The notes beneath the pieces are model-generated. The model made no database searches and was not told where the DNA came from. It saw only the letters and a list, made by a program, of their open reading frames with translations. 64,000 bases of DNA from Owenia fusiformis (taxonomy: Eukaryota), in NCBI GenBank assembly GCA_903813345.2, contig CAIIXF020000001.1:32178001-32242000 (forward strand), written 5' to 3'. Shown here one piece after another: positions 53,527 through 64,000 of the stretch (the stretch's first letter is position 1; each line of letters begins with the position of its first letter). Position numbers and translations under genes: made by a program.

Positions 53527-56500
53527 ATGGCAGATGCCGATGCGGCCACTTTGGTAAGATAGTGTTGACTTTACTTTGAGTTATACTTTTTTTATATATT
53601 AAAAGTAAAAATTTTATTTTTATATTTTGATCATGTACATGTAGTTGATATATCCTTCCCCTTATATCTATTTTTGATTATCATCCAAATTAATTCCCCA
53701 CTTTTTATGTCACCACCTCAAGTGTTGACATATTGTTATAGTTTCAAACTCTTTGTGTATTATGTTTGGTGTTTGTCGTTCAGTGGTTGGTATCTGTAAC
53801 AAATGCCAAGTGGTGACATTTTGCATGTTTCACAATGTCAAGGAATTGTTAAAATGATGCCTTGTATCCTTCTTTTTTATGATAATCAAAATCATCCAAA
53901 TAAGGTTAGTGAACTTATTTGATTAACTTAATTAATTAACTTATTCCTGCTTCTAGGCCAAGATCAACTACTACTGCAGAGAGAGGTACTTCCGACATAT
54001 GCAGACTGCAGCTGTTGAGGGCCTCAAGAAATATGGCAATGATCCCGTGCTCAAGTTTTTCAGTGCTTATGGCATGGTGCTTGAAGGTAACTTAGCAAGT
54101 TAGAGATCATAGATTAAGTCCTAGCAACTTTGTTAGTATCACGCGAGACCACAATTATATGAAGGGATAAAGTTGTTTATCAATGGCCATCTCAAAACCT
54201 AATTAAGAAGGGATAGGTAGTTAAATTAAGTGTGTAGATTCTGCGTACACCTGAGATTTAAAGATTGCACTTGTTTGCAAGCCTATTTTGCATAGGGTGT
54301 TATCTCCAGATTGGATCTAACATAGATCTCATTTTCAGAGCTCCAGAGAATCAATATGTCATTTAGGTATGAAAAATTTAGCTGTTACTTTGAATACATG
54401 CTTCCATGTCTCACTTTTGTCCCTTAGGTCGTGTCCAGGATGGTATCCGAGAGCTTGACATGCTCAAGGAGAAGAGAGATATCAACCTGTGTTCGTATAT
54501 GGCACTGATGTATGCACATAAACTCTCCAGGACTGTAGGTAGGCAAACACACAATAATTCACAGAAATCTGGAAAATTACTGAACAGTGCATTTTTAAAA
54601 AGATAATAATCATTTTTAATTGAATCTTATTTTCTTTGCCTATACTGTATATTAGGTAATTGATTATATTAACATTATTATGACTGGAATGGCTAAAATG
54701 AATTGGTCATATGAATGTACCATAAAGTAAAACTTACAACATAATTAAGACATGACTGGTTTGGTAATTATTAGAATTCTCTTTGAGAAAATCCTGGTCT
54801 GCTATCTTCTAGAAAACTTCACAACGTTTATGTAATATCAACATGATTTATTCAGTCTTATTTTGAGTTTTTTTAAATCTGCCTGATATGTGATGTGATT
54901 TGGATAATATTCATGTAGATCGGGAAGCTGTGTCTGAACTAGATGCAAGGCTGAAGGATGAGAGAAAACAAGCTGGAGAAAAGGTATGCATCATATTGTA
55001 TGACATGCTGTCATTTAGCATTACCTAACATCAAGAAACCAGTCAAATGTAAACCCAAATGAGGGGTGAGAGGGGGAGAGGGGAGCATTGCAAATGAATT
55101 GATTGAAATACAGTTTTTACTCTAATGACCATTTCCAAAACTGTAGATCCTTCCTTATCTAGACAGAAAAGCAAAATCAGCAGAACAAAATATTTCATAG
55201 TATTTTATTGCAAAGAAGACATCATTGTCTTGTTTAAATAAAGCATTTACCTGGAAGATGTGCAGAATCTCATTACAGATAATTGTTGTTCGTTAACATT
55301 GTATTCAATTTTTATTAAAGGGTTTATATTTTGGAGCCTTGTTCCTGTTTCACAGTGGCCGCCATGACAAGGCAAGGGAATATGTAGACAGATCACTCAA
55401 ACAGAACCCACAATCTAAAGAGGTATTCTAGACGATGTTAACTTTATTCTACTTTATGTTTAGTTAAGAAATTAGATAAAATCTATGAGTTGTTCATGTT
55501 TACTAGAATTATGGAGTATAGAACTGAAGAAGTTAGGGACAAGTGGGTAATTTGTAGACCCCTACATGTGTTTGTTCGAAGGATGACAGAACGGTTACTC
55601 TTGAAACAAATTGTTTGGTTTGTTCTAAATGCATGTACTTATTGCTTAAAGAACTTAACTTTTGAAACTGTATTTAAGGCATTGACTCTTCGAGGCTGGA
55701 TAGACCTGCTGTGTGGAAGGGACTCGTATGCCAAGAAAGCTGCAAAATATTTTGATGATGCAATGAGGTACATGTTTTCTTTATCACATATCACCTTAAA
55801 TGTTTTTTATGTCACTACCAGAAGTGGAGACATATTGTTACAATCTCTTGCATTCTTGTGGACCATGTTTGGTGGGTTTTATTCAGCGTTTGGCAGTTGG
55901 TGTTTGGTGTCAAAATGCAGGTGGTGACATTTTGCATGTTAATGCCTTGTTACTCATTCAATAGATCCCCGGCGAAATGAATGTGAATTAATCATGAATA
56001 TTCAGGTATAATTCATGGGAATTCATGAACTTTTTTCATGAATAATTCATCAATGAAGAATATTGAAGAATAAATATATACCTGAACTATTCATGAATAT
56101 GACTGAAATACAATTTGGACTCATGAAATATTCATGAACTGTATATTCATGAAATATTCATGATATCACATTCCTTAAAAATTCATCAAAAGTAAGCCTC
56201 ATATTTCTTGAAATATTCATGAAAAAATAAGCCTCATATTTCTTGAAATATTCATGAAAAAAGCAAGCCTCATAGTTCTTGAAATATTCACCACCTGTAT
56301 AGTCATGAAATATTCATCACCTCTATATTCTTGAAATATTCATGATATTCTATTCCTCAATATTCTTGAAATCTTCTCCAGGTTTAGCTTCATTTTTCTT
56401 GAAATATTCCTCAACTGCATATTCATGAAATATTTATCACCTGTATGTTCATGAAATATTACTCAATGAAAAATAAATATACCTGAACTATTCATGAATA

Positions 56501-59500
56501 TGACTGAAATACAATTTGGACTCATGAAATATTCATCAACTCTATAGGCTATTCATGAAATATCCATCACCCGTTTATTCTTGAAATATTCATGATATTC
56601 TATCCCTCAATATTCTTGAAATTTTCTCCAGGTTTAGCTTCATATTTCTTGAAATATTCATGACATTATATTCTTCACCATTCTTGAAATCATCTCTATG
56701 TATACAACCTCATATTTCTTGAAATATTCATAACATTATATTCTCCAACATTCTTGAATAATTCATGAATTAGCTCACATGTATGTTCATGAACTATAAC
56801 TTAAATGAAGAATAAATATTCATCACCTGTATATATTCTGTTCCTCAATGTTCTTGAAATCTTCTCCAAGTTTAGCTTCATTTTTCTTAAAATATTCCTC
56901 AACTGCATATTCATGAAATATTTATCACCTGTATGTTCATGAAATATTACTCAATGAAAAATAAATATACCTGAACTATTCATGAATATGACTGAAATAC
57001 AATTTGGACTCATGAAATATTCATCAACTCTATAAGCTATTCATGAAATATTCATTACCCGTATATTCTTGAAATATTCATGATATTCTATCCCTCAATA
57101 TTCTTGAATTCTTCTCCAGCAGCTTCATATTTCTTGAAATATTCATGACATTATATTCTTCAACATTCTTGAAATCATCTCCATGTATACAACCTCATAT
57201 TTCTTGAAATATTCACCAACTGTATATTCATGAAATATTCATAACATTATATTCTCCAACATTCTTGAATAATTCATGAATTAACTCACATGTATGTTCA
57301 TGAACTATTACTTAAATGAAGAATAACTATTCATCACCTGTATATATTCTGTTCCTCAATGTTCTTGCAATCTTCTCCAAGTTTAGGTTCATTTTTCTTG
57401 ATATATTCCTCAACTGCATATTCATGAAATATTTATCACCTGTATGTTTATGAAATATTTCTCAATGAAAAATAAATATACCTGAACTATTCATGAATAT
57501 GACTGAAATACAATTTGGACTCATGAAATATTCATCAACTCTATAAGCTATTCATGAAATATTCATTACCCGTATATTCTTGAAATATTCATGATATTCT
57601 ATCCCTCAATATTCTTGAATTCTTCTCCAGCAGCTTCATATTTCTTGAAATATTCATGACATTATATTCTTCAACATTCTTGAAATCATCTCCATGTATA
57701 CAACCTCATATTTCTTGAAATATTCACCAACTCTATATTCATGAAATATTCATAACATTATATTCTCCAACATTCTTGAATAATTCATGAATTAACTCAC
57801 ATGTATGTTCATGAACTATTACTTAAATGAAGAATAAATATTCATCACCTGTATATATTCTGTTCCTCAATGTTCTTGAAATCTTCTCCAAGTTTAGGTT
57901 CATTTTTCTTGATATATTCCTCAACTGCATATTCATGAAATATTTATCACCTGTATGTTCATGAAATATTACTCAATGAAAAATAAATATACCTGAACTA
58001 TTCATGAATATGACTGAAATACAATTTGGACTCATGAAATATTCATCAACTCTATAGGCTATTCATGAAATATTCATCACCCGCATATTCTTGAAATATT
58101 CATGATATTCTATCCCTCAATATTCTTGAAATCTTCTCCAGGTTTAGCTTCATATTTCTTGAAATATTCATGACATTATATTCTTCAACATTCTTGAAAT
58201 CATCTCCATGTATACGACCTCATATTTTTTGAAATATTCACCAACTGTATATTCATGAAATATTCATAACATTATATTCTCCAACATTCTTGAATAATTC
58301 ATGAATTAACTCACATGTATGTTCATGAACTATTACTTAAATGAAGAATAAATATTCATCACCTGTATATATTCTGTTCCTCAATGTTCTTGAAATCTTC
58401 TCCAAGTTTAGCTTCATTTTTCTTGAAATATTCCTCATCTTAAAGTATTAGCATATAAAATTTGAACCAAATCCATCTATTGATAGTTGATTTATCAACA
58501 AGCAAAGCTCCTTTGTCCCTACCCCAGCGAAATGGCATTGAATAATTCCTGAATATTCATGTAAAATATTGATGAATAATCCACCAATGAAGAATAAATA
58601 TCATGAAGAATTCATGAATATGCGTGAAAATCAATTGAACATCAATTTGGACACTTCCCGAAAATTCTTCAAATCGAATTACTTGAATATTCATGAATAA
58701 ACTTTCATGGACTTTTGTGTTTTCCCACCTAAAGCAATAATTTCCTTTCTGAGGAATTCTGGGATAGGTTATGATTCATAATTCTTCAAATATTCTTCAA
58801 ATGAAGTGGTGAAAAAATGAAGAATATCTAAGAACATATTAATTCTTCATTATTGTTCAAATATCCTTTAAACAAAGTGGTGAAAATATGAAGCATTTCC
58901 AAGATTTTCATAAATGCAAAATGTTATTTTTATTTATTCTTTAAGTACCCTTCAAATGAGGTCATGAAAAATTAAAGAATATCTTAGAACATATTAGTTC
59001 TTCATTATTATTCAAATGTCCCTTTAACAAATTGTTCCCATGTTACAAAAGAGCTTCAATTTCATGTTTTTCTTAAAGTTATTAAACATTTTCCCCAATA
59101 TTCCTCAAATATTCTTCAAACAGAATGGAAAAAAGAAGAATTTCTAAGAATAAATCTTTAGATAAAAATAAAATGGCTGATTTCTATATGAAAACTCCAG
59201 ATCTTGAGATATCTCCTCTCTAGGTGGAAATAGCTATCTAATTATTGATCTAAACAAGAAGATATGTGTCACCTACCTTTTGGCATATGTTCCTGTTTCT
59301 CTGTCCACATATTTTAAGGACATGTTCCTTTTTAACAAGAGCTTCAATTTCATGTTTTACTAATGTGTTTTTTCCCGCCTAAAACAATCATTTCCTTTTT
59401 GAGGAATTCTGGGATAGGTTATGATTCATTATTCTTCAAATATTCTTCAAATGAGGTGGTGAAAAAATGAAGAATATCTAAGAACATATTAATTCTTCAT

Positions 59501-62500
59501 TATTATTCAAATATCCTTTAAACAAAGTGGTGAAAATATGAAGCATTTCCAAGAATTTCATAAATGCAAAATGTTATTTTTATTTATTCTTCAAATACCC
59601 TTTAAATGAGGTGGTGAAAAATTGAAGAATATCTAAGAACATATTAGTTCTTCATTATTATTCAAATATCCTTTTAACAAATTGGTGAAAATATGAAGAA
59701 TTTTCAGGGTATCAAAGGATACAAAATCTTCTTTCGTATTCTTCAAATATTCTTCAAATTAGGTGGTGCAAAGGTGAAGAATATCTGAGAACATATTAGT
59801 TCTTCATTATTATTTGAATATTCTTCAACAACATGGTGAAAATATCAAGGATTTCCAAGATTTCAAAAGATACAAAAGGTTCTTCATTATTCTTCAAATA
59901 TTCTTCAAACATTTTGGTGAGAATATGAAGAATATTTAAGAACATAAATATTCTTCAGTATTATTCAAATATCTTTCACACAAGGTAGTGAAAAAAAGAA
60001 GAATATCTAAGAACAGAGATGTTCTTTATTATTCTTCAAATATCCTTCAAACAAGGTGGTGAAAAAATGAAGAATATCTAAGAACAGATGTGTTCTTCAT
60101 AATTATCCAAATTTTCTTCATTCAGCGTGGTGAAATTATAGAGAATTTTCAAGAACATGAAATTTTCTTTATTCTTCTTCAATTATTCACCATAGAAATT
60201 GAAGAATATTCAGGAACATAAATTATTCTTTATTATTCTTCAAAAATACAAGAATATGGTTAAATCTTTATTCTTCACAATTTATATCGATATTACAATA
60301 TTCATCACACCTGAATATTCATGAATAATTCATGAATATTCATATCACAAAAATATCATTTCGCCGGGGATTGCTTATAAGTGCAAGCTATTTTTCAGTT
60401 TTTCACCTATTGCACTTGAACTAGACTAAGTGTAGATGTTTTCCAGTGTGTACCCCCTCTCCGGCACAGTCCCCATATATTTTGTTTATATTATAAAAAT
60501 GAGTGGTATAATTACTCATACTAATTATTACTTAGTAATTACTCTTACAATAACAAAATCTGTACTTTCACATTTATGATTTTATTGTTTCATCTGATAT
60601 CTAAATCTCTTTGCAACCTCAACCTTTAATGCGGTCTCTCTAATATCAGACATTTCAGATTAAATATTCATACTCTTGTTAGGTCCTAAGTATAAAGTAT
60701 CTTAATTGTGCTAGCTTCACAATTTTATTTTGAATGAAACAATGTCTAGTAATAGAGAGATTGTTACTTGAAGATTGAATTGTGCATTCTAGTGCCAAAT
60801 TGGTATTGGTTGGAGAACAAGTAAAATGGTAGGTTTGCATGCAATATGATTTTGTGCCTAAAAGTCTATGGTTGTAAGTCTGAAGATGAACTATTGAATC
60901 ACATGAGGCAAACATGTAGAGGCCTAGAGGATGGCCATTTGGGCTCAGTTTGATCTGAAGAGGCCACATATTAATCTCATGATAACTTCAATCTGTGGAT
61001 GAATAAATATTCTTAGACATTTTAGAATTTTTATTAGATATTGCTTTAAGTGTACTTTGTGTTTGACTTTTTATGTTCAATAGAAGCAAGAGCATTCTAA
61101 CCATCATTATTTTGAAACAGCATTCAAATCAAAGTTTTAACTTGTTTGTCCTGAATGGTGCATGCACTTTTCTGTTTGTTATTGAGACACGTAGCTTTTG
61201 TTAAATCTGCTTCATTTTTACTGTCAAATGAAAAATTTAAGATTAAGTATTTTTTGTTGCAAAACTTTTGAAGATATATACAGATGCAAGACACATTGAT
61301 GATTTGATGTAGAATCTTGGTGTCAGAGAAATCAGAAATAGATAAGGTGTATGGAAGAGTATGCAACTAGGTAGTTTTTTTTAAGAAGTCTTACTTCACA
61401 TGAAAATGTCTTTATCTATTTCATCTGAATGTAACTTGGAAAAAACTAATACAAAACTTGAAGAATTCTTAACTGCTACTAAATCTTATGAAATAGTCTA
61501 GAGAATGCTACCCCAATCTCATTTCACATTCTAGCCAAGATGGTGTGAAGGATATGGATGCTTTGTTTGGGAAGGCCAAGTTCTTTGAGCAGAGACGCAA
61601 CTTCACAGGGGCTCTTGAACTGTTGAACACAGCTGTTGTGAACTTTCAGTCCTTTATTCCACCATTAATAGAGAAGATGAAAGTTCAACTAGCCTTACAG
61701 GATTGGGAGAATGTAATGGAGACTGCTCAGAGGTATATACATGTATTAACTATATGTACAGAGTCCTGTTATGTTAATGCCTTGGAATATGTCGAGATTT
61801 ATAGAGAATTTAAGAATTTCCAGTTGGTAATCAGCCACCTTATTATGTCCCCACCACATAGTGTGGGGCCATATTGTCGGCCTAGGCGCGTCCGTCCGTC
61901 TGTCCGTCCGTCTGTCCGTCCGTCCGTCTGTCCGTCCGTCCGTCCGTCCGTACGTCCGGCAGTTTTCTCCAAAACCGCTACAGATATCACCTTCAAATTT
62001 TCAGGGATAACTTATGAGTGCATACAGATGTGGATGAAAAAAAATTAACTCGATACCTACTTCCTGTCGGCCATTTTGAAGTCAAATGCTAAAATCCTTG
62101 TCTGCAAACTTTAAGAAAAACGGCTTCACAGTTGCTTTTAAAACTTTAACATCTTGTTCAGCTCACTTCATTCTAGATCTGATTAGGTTTTGGACCTGTT
62201 AGCTCAGTCATGTCAGCCATTTTGAATGTCTTAAGAAAAGTTAGCGCACGATAATACTTTGTATCATATTGAATGGTGTTTTTGAGTTTTCATATTCTAA
62301 CTATTTAGTAGCTTTATAAATAATTTCAGATGTACTTTGTTGTTAAAGCCTATGTTGTTGTTAACAGTATTTATATGTGATAATTTTGTAAAAAGAAATC
62401 AGCAAAAACTCATGATCACTTTTTTATTGTCAGCCATTTTGGATTTTTCCGTCCTAAAATCTTGTCTGTGGAGTCTTGTCTACGTGTTTTCAGGTGAACC

Positions 62501-63754
62501 GTTTGGTGGATCAATTCTTGATTTTCAGGGATGATTCTTAGTATAAAAATCTAGATCTGATTAGTTTTTTGGCATTCTGGGTAAATGTCAAGGCAGCCAT
62601 TTTGGATTTTCCGTCCTAAAATCTTGTCTGTAAAGTCTTGTCTACGCATTTTCAGGTGAACTGTTTGGTAGATCAATTTCAATTTTTCAGGGATGATCAT
62701 TAATATGAAAATGTACAACTGATTAGTTTTTTGGCATTCTGGGTAATTGTCAAGGCAGCCATTTTGGATTTTCCGTCCTAAAATATTGTCTGTAAAGTCT
62801 TGTCTACGCATTTCCAGGTGAACAGTTCTGTAGATCAATTTCAAGTTTTCAGGGATGATTCTTAGTATGAAAATCTAGATCTGATTAGTATTTGGGCATT
62901 CTGGGTAAATGCCAAGGCAGCCATTTTGGATTTTCCGTCCTAAAATCTTGTCTGTAGAGTTTTGTCTACGCATTTCCCGGTGAACCGTTTGGTAGATCAA
63001 TTTCAAATTTTCAGGGATGATTCTTAATATGAAAATCTAGATCTGATCAGTTTTTTGGCATTCTGGATAAATGTCAAGGCAGCCATTTTGAATTTTCCGT
63101 CTTAAAATCCTGCCCGTTAAGTCTTGTCTATGCGTTTTTAGGTGAACCGTTTTGTAGATCAATTTCAAATTTTCAGGGATGATTCTTAGTATGAAAATCT
63201 AGATCTGATTAGTTTTGGCATTCTGGATAAATGCCAAGGCAGCCATTTTGGATTTTCCGTCTTAAAATCCTGCCCGTAAAGTCTTGTCTACGCGTTTTTA
63301 GGTGAACCGTTTTGTAGATCAATTTCAAATTTTCAGGGATGATTCTTAGTATGAAAATCTACATCTGATTAGTTTTTTGGCATTCTAGGTAAATTTTAAG
63401 GTGGCCATTTTGGATTTTCCATCATCAAATTGTGTCGGTAAAGTCTTGTCTACTCATTTTTAGGATAACCATTTGACAGGATCACCCATAAGTGGGGACA
63501 TTTTGTACACATTTGTGTTCTTGTTAAATTTTGTAAGCCTATGGCACCCTTTCATTCATTTACAGCAACGCACACAGTGTAGAGACTGGAATATATCATA
63601 CTTCTCTACTTTGTAGGGAGGGAAACTATTTAATACTCGTGTAAATAATTGAAATGCTATTTCTTTCAGGATTCTAGCCATGGATGGACATAATATAGAG
63701 GCCCAGAAGTATATCATACTTCATCTACTCTGTAGGGAGGGCAACTATCAAGAA
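53527..63754 (+). CDS. TTC21B: Tetratricopeptide repeat protein 21B / IFT139 (IFT-A subunit), 5' portion; the gene continues beyond the window
   Basis: Exons 53527-53553, 53957-54086, 54428-54538, 54919-54983, 55321-55422, 55679-55767, 61535-61732 and 63670-63754 splice in frame. They give [61 protein letters not shown]...[12 protein letters not shown]..., matching the TTC21 N-terminus as I recall it ([19 protein letters not shown]). Confidence 0.93.
55967..60369. mobile_element. 4.4-kb CACTA/EnSpm-like non-autonomous element made of ATATTCATGAA-type repeats
   Basis: AT|CCCCGGCGAAATGA ... TCATTTCGCCGGGG|AT (2-bp TSD). Higher-order repeats of ~490-510 bp occur at ~56470-58437, and an internal copy of the left end is at ~58522. 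Confidence 0.75.
61840..63525 (+). mobile_element. Helentron/HINE (DINE-1/pearl-like) element with (GTCC)n microsatellite and ~162-bp tandem array
   Basis: 5' subTIR ATGTCCCCAC with a nearby inverted copy, (GTCC/GTCT)n at ~61890-61957, about 7 units starting CAGCCATTTTGGATTTTCCGTC, a 3' subTIR GTGGGGACAT, a short hairpin ACACATTTGTGT, and a terminal TTGTT. Confidence 0.8.
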
Positions 63755-64000
63755 GTAAGAGCTTTTGTGAGATCATATTGAGAAACACAAGATAAATGTC
63801 AGAAAAACACAAATTACAGGAGAACACATTAATATTTATAACAATTGGCAACTACCATTGAATTAAATTTGCAGTTCTCACTTAAGATTCTTATAATGAA
63901 AAATTGCCTGATGAGATACTTAACAATTTTATATATTGAGCTAAAATAAAACTTTGTAAATGAAGTTAATGACAGAACTCAATGTTATTAGGCTGCAGAA

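Noticed and set aside
61545..62048. 167-aa ORF with RPSV repeats as a stand-alone gene
   Set aside because: It is a TTC21B exon read through its donor into the (GTCC)n microsatellite of the HINE.

Overview
This is AT-rich, intron-rich animal genomic DNA, probably from a marine invertebrate (an inference from the repeat families and TTAGGG repeats). Two spliced genes diverge from a short shared promoter at about 40.65-41.03 kb. On the - strand is a roughly 19-exon, about 786-aa uncharacterised gene (40642->6944) with seven [PN]-[WFY]-G-K-x-G-x-G-A-P-like repeats resembling a CSPP1 motif. On the + strand is the 5' part of TTC21B/IFT139 (ATG 53527, running off the window). The introns are packed with DNA transposons: an intact intron-containing DD34D mariner, hAT-, Kolobok-, Harbinger- and CACTA-like non-autonomous elements, and Helentron/HINE satellite carriers. 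The most striking object is a 2.75-kb near-perfect palindrome (44134-46885) with Polinton/Maverick-type AGTAGT...ACTACT ends and a 6-bp TSD. Each 1.3-kb arm carries a tRNA-Asn-derived Pol III cassette, an ETS/YY1 motif array and TTAGGG repeats. It is nested in a 9.4-kb TIR element carrying a decayed OTU-protease/Cys-rich gene. All calls come from manual reading; no searches were run.
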